Shown: piece by piece, positions 38,301 to 49,770 of the stretch
How positions within the stretch are numbered: position 1 is the stretch's first letter
Layout: each line of letters starts with the position of its first letter
DNA from: Antedon mediterranea
Taxonomy: Eukaryota > Animalia > Echinodermata
Direction of reading: 5' to 3'
Length of the DNA stretch: 64,000 bases
Assembly: GCF_964355755.1 (NCBI RefSeq)
Contig: NC_092677.1
Span: 12,360,101 to 12,424,100 of the forward strand
Notes under the pieces: model-generated
What the model saw: the letters and a program-made list of their open reading frames with translations, nothing else
Database searches by the model: none
Told to the model about the DNA's origin: nothing
Made by a program: the position numbers and the translations under genes

Positions 38301-41300
38301 AGTAGCTAATTTACATTGCAATACAGGTACTCATTTATACTAGTGAGGTTGATTAATTACAGGTGGACTTATTCAATAATAGTAGCTAATTTACATAATA
38401 CAGGTACCAATGTATACAAATGGGGTTGATTAATTACATGTGAATTTATTCCCTAATAGTAGCTAATTTACATTCCAATACAGGTACTTATTTTTAACCT
38501 CGTGTTGATTCATTAAATTCAATCTAATTTGAAACAATAATCTCAAAAGTGCTTGTAATTAAAATGATTGTTATCAGATTGCAAAAGAAATGCTTACTTT
38601 TTCTGAGATTCGTATTTGTGTAATTCTTTTCGTTTATTTATTTGGTTTCTTTTAAATTCTTCTCGTTCAACAAGATCTTCATAGTTTGTTATCATAGTCT
38701 CAAGTTCTTCAAACGAAGCTTGCATTCGGCCTAGAAAAAAAAGTTCCTTTATTATTTATATAAGTGGATTAATATAATTAATCAGCATCAGAAACAAAAA
38801 ATTCAGCACATTTAATAATTAATTTTCATAAACAAACAATAACATAAGGATTAATCTATCAAACATGACCTTTTCAACATATTATGTAAGAAAAATCATA
38901 AAAATTTATCATTTATTAAAATTTAGCGTATTTGATTGGGACTTTACTATAGAATAACATTTTATCTTGAGTATTAAGTTTAAAAGATTATTTTGAGCAT
39001 TGAATTAGTGCTTAGCCAGCAAGCGAGCTTGCATTAATTAATTAATCTTTTCAGGGATCCGGTGCCTCCTGAGAGAATAGGCCAATATCGGTTTATCCAG
39101 GTAAGCTAGGCACGGAATAGACTATTAAGTTCAATAGATTATTTTGAGCATTGAATTAGTGCTCAGCCAGCAAACGAGCTTGCATTAATTAATGTTAATT
39201 AATGTGTTAATGTTAATTAATGTGTTAATGTTAATTAATGTGTTAATGTTAATTAATGTGTTAATGTTAATTAATGTGTTAATGTTAATTAATGTGTTAA
39301 TGTTAATTAATGTGTTAATGTTAATTAATGTGTTAATGTTAATTAATGTGTTAATGTTAATTAATGTGTTAATGTTAATTAATGTGTTAATGTTAATTAA
39401 TGTGTTAATGTTAATTAATGTGTTAATGTTAATTAATGTGTTAATGTTAATTAATGTGTTTACTATTTGAATGGAATAAAGTACTCAAACAAATTTCTGT
39501 TGAGCACAAAGATTTTACAATTTTCGAGTGAATAAAGTACAAATATTTTCAAATCGAATACATGCCAATTCATACTGCTGCAATAATACTGTCCAATCAT
39601 TGTTATCACATAACCAGGACAAACAAGGGGACATGGACTCATAATGGTCACATAATGAACCTTGACCTACCTACAGTAACTGTTGCTGTCTGTATATCTT
39701 GTAGTATGATGGGTAGTTCATGTAGATGCTTGTGCAACTGATGTAGTGACTCTGTCCTTTTCTCATAATCTCGTAAAACATTATTTAGACGTCCATCAAC
39801 AGCCTGAAATCAGCAAATTATATAATTTTTATAAAAAGAAATGTTGGTGTGGTGGTACGTTCCCACATGAGCATGGTTGTGAACTGGTCCATGGTACAGG
39901 CGTGTTCTAGGAACTTTTAACTTTTCGAATCTAAGCCTTCACTTTGGAGAGCACAGGCTATTGTCGGTTTATCCTGGTAAGCTAGGCACAACATTTTGGT
40001 TTCACATATACCCTATGCCTCAACCCTAAACTCACTGTTGCTCTTGTTGCTGCCCTTTCAATATCATTATGTACATCTGCCCACGATGACTGGAATCTAA
40101 AGAAAACAAAAGCGACAAATTTTGTAAAAGCTTATATTAAAAAACTAAGCTGTTATTATAAGCTGTCCACACTATCAAACAGGTTTGACAAAAAAATGTG
40201 ATGTCCGATATATGGTAGTGCTATGCTTAAATATGGTAGTGATATGACATCATCATGTCCATATATGGGTACATCACATTTTTTTTTCACATGAAGTTTG
40301 TGATAGTGTAGACTTTAGAGAGTATAAAATGTTTAATAAAATAAAACAATCTTTAATTTTTTTTTTTATACATTATTGTCTTTGTTTTTATTGTATTTTG
40401 TTAGTATTATCAGTAATGTTACCTATGAAAAAATGCAAAATAGTTTTTTTTCAAAACTCAACTTACTTGTTGAGTAATTCAGCACCAGCTTCATATCTAC
40501 ATGGTTTCACATTAATAGAACTAGAAAAAAAAACAAGATCAAACGTGGTACATATTGAGTTACCAAACTGACACAAATATACTGTAAGTCTATACGCTCT
40601 AATAGCAATAAGTTAGTGATGATTCTCTTTTAGTTTTCAACTGTCTAGAATTTTAAGACGGTATTCGATCTTAATTTGTTCTGCCAAATATGGTATCTAT
40701 CTAGAACTTTAGCATAGCGTTCATTTAAGGTTAGTTATTTTAAAAGTATTATTGACAGATAACTACCTGCAAAGGTGTAATCTGGATTTAATGCTCAGTC
40801 AGTTAGTACAGAATACGCATATAAATGATATGGTATACGTGTATAAACTCACATACGTATTACTACAGTACAATACATTTTGCACGTACACCACATCATT
40901 GGCATAATACACTATTGGCTTATAATATTGGATATTCCTTTATAAACACTAAACAATCTATATATCAATATGATTTAAGATTTCAACTAGTATTATTGTG
41001 CTGATAATATCACATCAAGATAAGAATGACAAAATATTATTATTTAGCTTTTTAGTGACTTTATGTTAAGTAGCTGACATATTTTCATTTTACAAAATGC
41101 TAGACATAAGTATCCACTATAATTTATTCAAATGGATGTTGCATTATTAAAGTAGATGTTTGAGAGATGATGTTTTAAAATATTAAAAGTATCCAACTTA
41201 TTTATTCATACAAATTTATATATTTATTTATATATATTTTAACACTAGATCAAAAATGGGATTATTCAGTGGCAGATTCAGAATTGTTAAATTAAGAAAG

Positions 41301-44300
41301 GGTGTGGGGGAAGCAAAGTCCTAAACTTAACCTAATAATGTCCTATCTTTTACATTGTATATTTTAAAATTTAGGCCGGGCACTCCTACCTCCTGCCTAA
41401 ACAATTGTGGTTCATCATTTTGAAAAACATCAACACACAGGAAGACATTTTAAATCCTGTGTCGCCCTTTAATTAAGGATATTCAAGTAAATGATGCTTT
41501 TAGAAAAAGACAGGTGTAAGTAAGTGTATATTGTAATTACAGTAATGGATACAATAGTTGTCTTGTAAAATGGAACATTAAAGTCTTAACAATCTGTATC
41601 TCTTTTTCAGGATGTGATTATTTTAAATATACAAAACATATTAATCTGAATTAAATTATTTATACATCAGACTGGCTTAAGATTTTCTAGATTTGATAAG
41701 TTTAGCTGATTTAGTTTAGCTTAAATTAAATAATTTTCTTAAAAAGAAATGATTGTGGCCTTTGGTTAAGAAGGGGCCACTTGTTTGCATGCCGATGGTT
41801 CGTTAGCCATACCACTTATTAACAGGTATATTTAAATATATTTTTTAGCTGATCCCTTTGGAATATGGCTAATGTTGGTTTATCCAGGTAAGCTAAGCAC
41901 AAAATTGAACCATAACAATCTAATCAATTTTTTTTGGATTTTAAACTAAACATTAATAGTGAGCTTTCATAACATGAATGAATAATAAAAAGATTATTTA
42001 ATATCATTAGATATGATGATAAATATTACTGGACAACATACCTGTCTGATAGAGGATCATTATGTTCTGTGATTCTGAAAGAAAGTAGGTCGATAATATT
42101 GAGGTTATGAATATAATTCTACAGTTTACAGCATACATCCATATCAAATAAAAATCAATCGGTATATAATTTGTTGTGTTTTTACTGATGTACAAACTAT
42201 ACACAAAGCAGCACACTAAAGCAGAGACCACCAATTAACAAAATAGAAAAAAAAACAAACATTACAATGATATAAGGTTAACAACAATAATTAAATACAA
42301 AATAAAGGTAGAGTGGTTTATAACATATATCTTCTTCTGTGGCTGTACAGAAAAAGGAGATACAAAAGTAGTTAATATAATGATAATTATTATAATTTAC
42401 AACAAAAAGCAGAGAAAAATCAAATCCCCGACACGTCATTTTATTATTAAACTATGTAATGTAATATATTAATTATAATTTATAATCTGAATACCAGTAT
42501 AAGATACGGTAAGAAATATATTAGGGCATTTGTCAATAAACGATAATTGCTACTTAGTATGCTAAAAGCATACGTCTTGTTTTATAATCAGAATATATTG
42601 TACAGAGACGTAATGGTACATTTCAAATCAGAAAAATGAAACACTCCTATTAAGCTCATTTTAAGCTCAAAAGTTATTTTCCATTCTTCAAATAAAATGC
42701 ATTTTGAAAATATACAGTAAACAATTGTCCTGGTTGTGGAGATTTTACTGTCCATAAAAAAAATCAGGGAAGATTGTAATTTCACAAATCATAGGCACAT
42801 TAATTTCACCATTTTTAGGCCCTGCCCCCTCCTCTCAATTCAAAATCTACCACTGCGAGTGAATGTCTACAGTACAAACTTGTTTATAACAATTAACCTT
42901 GAAAATAGTGCCAAGTCATCCATACATTTTTTTAAATATGCAGAAATTATATAAAATAATTTGTGCAACAAAAGATCATAAACTTGATAGAAAATGTTGA
43001 GTCATTTTTGTGATTGTAAATATGCAAAAATTCAAATTAAATGATACTAGTTATTGTCAATATAAATTATATAATTAATTATTTTGATTATGTAACAGGG
43101 AACATTTTCGCCAGTGTAGCGTAGCAAAAAGCTATACAAAACAACCTTATTGCTACACATTTTGAAAATTGTGTAGCAAAAAATACAATACAAAACTATG
43201 TTTCTCGACTTAAAAATCAATTTGATTAGCAATATTGCTAAACAAAATTGTTTAATGAAAATTTTCCCTGTCAGTACTGTATAGTCACAAATAAATTATA
43301 TACTGTATGTACTAATGATTCTTAGTCAATTTCATTTTTAGATAATTACAATTTAGATAATATTTTATCATAGAGATGATTTTAAATATGGCCTATTTCT
43401 GGTAATTTATTGCAAATAAATAAAATAAACTACGTTACATTATAATATGTAGCATACCATATTCGTACAAATGACCACATGTATTGAATTAAAATTTGCA
43501 GACGGATTGTTCACACTCTCTACAACTTGGCTGGTAATTTGTTAACATTAAATCAAATTTTCATCAGGTGAAAGTGACATGAGACTAATAATATTATACA
43601 GTAACCGTCTCTTGAGGATGATTTTAAAATGTCTACTTAGTAAAATTAATTGCAATAACAAAAAAATAGTTTATGGAGACAAGTTAGAAATGAACTATTA
43701 CCCTTTTCATTAAGAAAAAAAATGATAAATGAAAAAACATTTGAACTTTAATTATGACCAAGTATAGGATAATTTTCAATACAAGAAGGGGACACTTTGG
43801 AGTGAAAAAATAGTGATGACTATCTTTTAACACTACGTTTCATGAGTTTGCTAAACAAAATTTTCAAATGAAATTTTTCCCTGTACCCCTATAGGGTATA
43901 CCTTCATAGGGAGGGCTTCTACTCTATAAATTGAATCTAAGTATAATAGCACCCCCTTAATTTGTTTGAAAAATTTTATAACCAGGCCCCTTGTACTTGG
44001 GAAAAGGTTTTGGTTGAATTACAGACAATTCATAATCCAAATACTTTCAGCCATCTTAGGCTCTGTCTACACTATCAAACTAGTTTGACAAAAAAAGTGT
44101 GATGTGCCCAAATATGATTGATAGCGATATGCCCAAATATGATAGTGATACGACATCACGTGCATATATATGGGCACATCACATTTTTTTGTCCTTAAAG
44201 TTTGATAGTGTAGACAGAGATTCTAATTTAGAAAACAGCATTTTATATATTACCATACTGACATATATATGTTTCTGCTGCCAACATTCAATTATGTAAA

Positions 44301-45253
44301 TTAATACATAGTATACCATGTTTGATTAATGTTCGAGAGTCTACAAGGTAACTTTATAATAGTAATTGCATTTTCAAGAAACATCAATACATATTTTAAT
44401 AACAATGCATTTTATTATACTAAAATGATTGACAGTATTATTTAACTCACCTCTTACCAATTCCAACTTCTTTTGCTTTGGTCGTTAAGTTTTTAATACT
44501 GTAAAATAAAATTTATCAAATATTTTATATCATTCTTTACATTTTGTTTTATTTTATTTTATTTTTATTCAATCGAAACCAACAGCGATAATTACCGCCA
44601 CTAACAGGTTTGATACAAACAAAGCCAGGACTGTGTAAACCCCTTGATTGGTCCTGACATTGATCAAGGGCTTCTCTCGTCCAGTGCCCACCTTGACCAG
44701 AGGTCTGCGGCAGATACTAGATGCAGGGGCTGCCATAAGAGTCAGCAGTGCTGATTTCAAATGCCTAACGGGACCCCAGCTCCGTATACAGCACCCGCTA
44801 TTCCCAGATGGTCTCCCATCCAAGCTCTAACCAGGCCCAACGTAGCTTAACTTCGGTGATCTGACGAGAACCGGTGTTTCAACGTGGTAAACGCAATGTA
44901 GTGGAAGCATGTCATCAATATCTACAGACCAGAGGTAAAGTTTAGCTTTCGATTTGCGATGATCTATGACCTCCGCATTGCTGTGTCAACGGTCATCGTG
45001 CGTCTGGACTTAGAGACCACCTAAACTGTATCAAAGCGCAAGCTCGGTGGTCTAAAGATGTGCATGCCAGGCTAGTGATCTGGAGGTTATGGGTTTGAGT
45101 CCCACCCAAGAAAAGTAATTGTCAATGCAAAATCATTCATATTTATAATAGGTAGCTGGTATTTCCGCTCCCACACATATAATGACAGTGTTTATACCTA
45201 GCAGATAAATCCTGTTGCACATGTTGAAGTCTTTCCTTAAACTGTTCAAACAT
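35348..45253 (-). CDS. DTNBP1: Dysbindin (BLOC-1 subunit 8), 10 coding exons plus a possible 33-nt cassette exon, ~467 aa
   Basis: Exons 45198-45253 (MFEQFKERLQHVQQDLSA), 44451-44498, 40467-40520 (YEAGAELL), 40036-40096, 39671-39803, 38598-38730 (ASFEELE), 38014-38036, 37157-37297 (KERQQAFEEVF), 35562-36254 (ALDDFLGG) and 35348-35409; all GT-AG and phase-consistent. Exon sizes 56/61/133/133/23 match those I recall for vertebrate DTNBP1. Confidence 0.9.
36731..36970. mobile_element. MITE family A copy with an expanded internal 21-bp array
   Basis: About 7 tandem units of GGGCATATCACTACCATATTT between the TIRs. Confidence 0.85.
37460..37894. mobile_element. Tc1/mariner-like MITE, second copy
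   Basis: Colinear with 22194-22571; ends GGTTCTACTG|TA. Confidence 0.75.
38160..38495. repeat. ~80-bp diverged tandem repeat, 4-5 copies
   Basis: Recurring TACAGGTAC...GGGGTTGATTAA...TAGTAGCTAATTTACAT. Confidence 0.85.
39191..39460. repeat. 18-bp minisatellite, ~15 copies (DTNBP1 intron)
   Basis: Unit AATGTTAATTAATGTGTT. Confidence 0.95.
44059..44220. mobile_element. MITE family A copy (DTNBP1 intron 2)
   Basis: GGCTCTGTCTACACTATCAAACT...AGTTTGATAGTGTAGACAGAG. Confidence 0.85.
44546..44890 (-). mobile_element. 5S rRNA-derived SINE (SINE3-type) in DTNBP1 intron 1
   Basis: 5S-like head on the minus strand at ~44784-44890 (CACCGGTTCTCGTCAGATCACCGAAGTTAAGC...TGGATGGGAGACC...GGGAATA), ~215-bp unrelated body and an (AAAAT)n tail. 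No T-run terminator follows the 5S part. Confidence 0.75.
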
Positions 45254-45482
45254 GATGATAGTAGCAGGCAGATCAGGCCTAGATACCTAGATAAATTATA
45301 AATAAAATAAACATTAATTTTTATTACTTTAAAAGAAAATACTCAAAATAGAGCAATTTTTCAACTTTATATATACTGTATATGCTTATTATTAAAACTT
45401 ACTCTACCAACCTTTTTACGGCAGGGGAAATATGCAATCAATGTGTTCTCATTAATTTTGGTGGAGGATTTAGCATAAAATT

Positions 45483-46006
45483 TATTGTCCCTTTGACAAA
45501 TTCCCAAAAAAATAAAAATAAAAAGATTTTTTTTAAAAAGTGGGTCATTTTGAAGTATCATAATAGTTATTAACTTTCACCAAAAATTAGTCGAAAAAAA
45601 AACAACATTTAACTGAAATACAGACATTTTTTTTTTCACTTCAAAGTTTTTCAATCGAAACATATCTCATAATGCAACGCGCTTGTTTAGCTACTCTATG
45701 CATAATCATAAAACTTCCTTGCGATCTGTGTGAGAACGCATTCTCAACCGTGACGAGTTGTAAACAATCCTAATTAGCATCATGCATAATGCATACTCGT
45801 GGTTTAAAATCTTTGTTTACTTTCGCTCGCGACGATTTTCCTGACAAAATGTAATCAAATTAATTTACCTGTTAATTTACGTAAACTTGTTGTTTTTGGC
45901 TCGAATTTTCAAATTAAAGTGAATAACTTTAATATTACTTTGATATGGCCATTCTAAATTTAGAATATTTTGACCTTCATTTTGTGTTTCAAGGGACAAT
46001 ACATCT
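45483..46006. mobile_element. Kolobok-like non-autonomous DNA transposon, copy 2 (left tip eroded)
   Basis: Colinear with and closely similar to 28664-29187; ends AAGGGACAATACATCT|TTAA. Confidence 0.75.
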
Positions 46007-47913
46007 TTAAAATATAGGCATATATGCCTAGGCTAGGCCTCTACCTACAGGTACCGGGCCTACTGTATAAAACCACCAAAAATCATTTCATAGTCTAGCT
46101 AGGCTAGTAAAGAAAAAAATATTCAGACTGTCACACAACAACCGACGACAGTGCACTTTATAGGTCTAGCCTTCTCAGCCTATAAAGAAGCCTAGGCCTA
46201 TGCAGGCTACTACTCTCCTCTCGATAGTAGAAGAAGAGAGAGGCTCAGCAAGCAGGGGTTCCAAAGCAGCAGGTGGCCTGCTGTGATGATGTGGAAGATA
46301 GATAGGCCTAGCTAGCCCTAGGCCTACTCGTAACTCTACAGGCTAGCTAGCTAGACTCCAGCCTGATTCATGAAATATTACTAAATATAAGATTAACAAG
46401 ACATTATTGCATCTTACACAAATGCTTATTAAGAAAACAACAATTCATAGGCCTAATTAAAAGTGAAATAGCCTTGACCCACAATCACTCCGCCAGTCTT
46501 TCCAAAATCCACCACCACAAAATAACAACAACATTTAGCCCCGCCCCCATTCATCACATGTGTGTGTGCCGCGACGAGATACGGTAGGTCAAAGGGTAAG
46601 AAGAGTTGCTGGCAGTTTTTGTCTTGTTCATCCCCCATCTTACAAACAGGATTGGACTGCCAATATAATAAAGTATATGCTTAATCGAATTCATACTTCT
46701 GAATGATAAATATTCTTAATTTTTAACTGTTAATATGATAGTCATATTTATTTGATGATCCTCTTTGTTTTGAGTCCCTCACTCGACAGTGCCGAATCAT
46801 TGTTATGTAACGTCCAAGTTATGTTTCAATTCAATTCCATTTTTACATTCCTTTTCTTAGTTTCTACACAAAACGAACCAAACATTTTTTAAATTGAACA
46901 TTACTGTACAGTTTAATATTAATACGTTATTAATTATTTGATAGACCCGGAAATTGACCTACTTCGACGGCGAATGGCATACGTGACGAAACACACATTT
47001 TTTCTCGTACGGATTAATTCCTTCAAAACTAACTACCAATCCGGGGTATACACACCTTTAAATTAAACATAGATATTATATTGTACTACATATTCTATTG
47101 CACTACACTTTCACGTGGTAAGGAATTCTGGGTGGACGACATAAAAACCAATTTATCGTGTGTGTGGCTACCTCCATGATATTACATAGGCTAAAATCAT
47201 AAATTTATTTAAAGAATTTATTGTTATTTTATTGATTCTTCTTCATCTAATTCTAAGGTGTGGTATTCAGGATAAAGTTGGTTAACAAATTTAGAGTTAA
47301 AATACAAGGCAGGTGCGAAAGAGAACTTTGGTAATCTTAGGTCTTAGGTTTCGTGATCTTAGGGGGTCTTAGCTTTCGTGATCGTGATCCCGGTTGGCCT
47401 GACACCCATGTTCCTCTTGTGACCCACAGTCAGTTATGCTTTGAAGAAGCCCAGAGTGGTATTAAAGTTTTTATTTGACCATTACTTGTCCAATTTTCTT
47501 TCAAAAACTGTTTCTATAATTCCTAAATGAAAAATGGCTCTTTACCAGTCAAAAGCAAAAGTACTTTATATAGCCTACAATACGCGGTAGCCATTTGGAA
47601 AATGGACCTCGTAAATTTCCATTTATGGTTTTTCATTTTTTTAACACATTTTTATTTTATTTTTTGCTATCTTATGTTTGTTTCTACTATTTCATTCGTT
47701 TTCTTATGACTCAGAAACTTGAAAGCATGGCTACTCTGAGTTCTGTTCGTTTTTATGATTTCACGTGATAATTTCATGTGATCTCTTTAAATGGGACTCA
47801 TTGTGTCATAAAACTTTCATTTTGTAAACAATTCGAAATTCGGACCCTCGTTTTAACACTTCACATTAGTTATTTAATGATTGTTTAAAGGTACGGTTTA
47901 AAAATGTACGGGT

Positions 47914-48330
47914 AAAGCGTGGTTCCCACTAGCGACGCAACACAAGGACGTAACGCAACGCAAGTGAACTTGACCAATCACAAGCGATGGCATATTCGCT
48001 TGTGATTGCTAACTGTCTATAACTTCGCTTGTCATTGGTTAAAGCGTGGTTCCCACTAGCGACGCAACACAAGGACGTAACGCAACACAAGCGATGACTT
48101 ATTCGCTTGTCAATTGGTTAAAACGCTTGCCTTGCGTTTACGTCCTTGCGTTACGTTCTAGTGGGAACCAAGCTTAAATATACTTTAGACTATCACGCAA
48201 GGGCGTGCCTGCTCGATCGCGTGATTTGACCAATCACAAGCGATGGTTTATTCGAACTGTCGCTTGTCATTGGTCAACGCGCTTGCGGTGCGTTTACGTC
48301 CTTGTGTTGCGTCCTAGTGGGAACCAAGCA
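47914..48330. mobile_element. Cluster of palindromic Harbinger-like MITE family B upstream of PPP1R3
   Basis: Termini AGC(G/T)TGGTTCCCACTAG and CTAGTGGGAACCAAGCT, in nested or tandem copies. Relatives at ~13587-13695, ~13920, ~50529-50680 and ~51880-52025. Confidence 0.75.
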
Positions 48331-48705
48331 TCACACAAGTCGCCTGTTTTAGCCGCGCAGTGCAAACAAAACTTATGATGGTTGTGCATATTGTGTTTCA
48401 ACAATAAACGACTTTGTAGCCTACCTCTGCTCAATTAACATTGTGCTCAATCATAATTCTATACCGTTTATTCCGATACTGTTATCGATAGGCCTACTTT
48501 GTATCACATAAGTCAATAAGAGTGTGATCCCCGGTTCAAAACGTCATAATTCGAGTTATGACGATGAGATTGGATCTATAGAAAGAATCCGATTGGTTAA
48601 CTTGATATGGTGGCTGAATATAAACACAGGCAATGGTTAATACCGAGAAATGTCAGCCAGAAATGTAGTGTTGTTAGGTAATGTGTCTCTTTTATTCCTT
48701 CAAGA

Positions 48706-49770
48706 ATGGTTGGAAATGGGGAGGTGATGCTACCAAACAAACTGGAAAACAATAATAATTACAAGAAGGACCAGGGATATGTAGCAGAACTGTTCAACGG
48801 GTCCTCAGATAGTTCGACGATTAGCCCGTCAGATAAGTTAAAAGACCGTCGATCAAGACCCGGAAAATCTTCTGGTTTGCGGTTGATTACGGACATAACA
48901 AACGGTGAAGTTTTACCAAATACGAGGCCTGATGATTCTATGGACGCTGTTTGTAGACAGGAACATCCCAGTTTATCGAGGGAGGATGATGAAGTAGATT
49001 TCGTTCTTTTTCACGTTGCCACTATCGAAAATAATGCAGACGATGCATCTACATCATCAGTGACGTCCGATGCGTTTAGTCCATCCTCCTTATCCTCTTG
49101 TACAACCCCAACTGAGACGGACAGCTGTGGAGGAGGAAGGAAGTCTGCCCTAAAGTCACCTGGATTGCGACCAGATACACCAAACCGTAAGTCTGTACGC
49201 TTTGCCGATGCCCTTGGCTTGGACCTAGAGACTGTAAAGCACATCCTAGAAAGGGAATCACCACCAGATATACCAGAACATGTGTTTAAAGACTTGCAGT
49301 TAGCGTCAACGTCTTCATGTTCAACAACTGCGCGCCGTAAAGTTCTGTCGCTAACATTCCAGCAACCGAGTGGAAAGTCGGATTTTATGCATAAACTGTG
49401 GATGCAAAACGTGTGCCTAGAAAATGCTTTAATATCTGATTTTATGATTATAGGAACGATTAAAGTAATAGACGTTGATTACCATAAGGTTGTTGTCGTG
49501 CGGTATACAGTAGACAACTGGAGGACTTTTAACGAAATATCAGCTGGTTATGTTTACGGATCTCATAACGGACCTACGGACCGTTTCTCGTTTGGAATGT
49601 CGATTCCACGAGAACTTGCCGAAGGTGGTTCCGTGTATTTTGCTGTCAGGTATGATGTTGCGGGAAAACGGTTCTGGGATAATAATGGCGGGAAGAATTA
49701 TTCGTGTACATGTTACTGTGATGGTACGGACGATGCACTGGGTGCTTCTGCATGGACTCACTTTTTGTAA
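48706..49770 (+). CDS. Protein phosphatase 1 regulatory subunit 3 family (glycogen-targeting, CBM21 domain), 354 aa single coding ORF
   Basis: SILK-like KSALK, RVxF motif RKSVRFAD, and a CBM21 domain with GTIKV..K.V.VRYT.DNW and WDNNGGKNY. A pyrimidine tract plus AG just before the ATG suggests an upstream exon may exist. Confidence 0.92.
   Translation: MVGNGEVMLPNKLENNNNYKKDQGYVAELFNGSSDSSTISPSDKLKDRRSRPGKSSGLRLITDITNGEVLPNTRPDDSMDAVCRQEHPSLSREDDEVDFVLFHVATIENNADDASTSSVTSDAFSPSSLSSCTTPTETDSCGGGRKSALKSPGLRPDTPNRKSVRFADALGLDLETVKHILERESPPDIPEHVFKDLQLASTSSCSTTARRKVLSLTFQQPSGKSDFMHKLWMQNVCLENALISDFMIIGTIKVIDVDYHKVVVVRYTVDNWRTFNEISAGYVYGSHNGPTDRFSFGMSIPRELAEGGSVYFAVRYDVAGKRFWDNNGGKNYSCTCYCDGTDDALGASAWTHFL

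Noticed and set aside
39192-39470. ORF (MLINVL)n
   Set aside because: Translation of an 18-bp intronic minisatellite.
44784-44890. Functional 5S rRNA gene
   Set aside because: The 5' end is diverged, no T-run terminator follows, and it is fused to a body and tail, so a SINE fits better.
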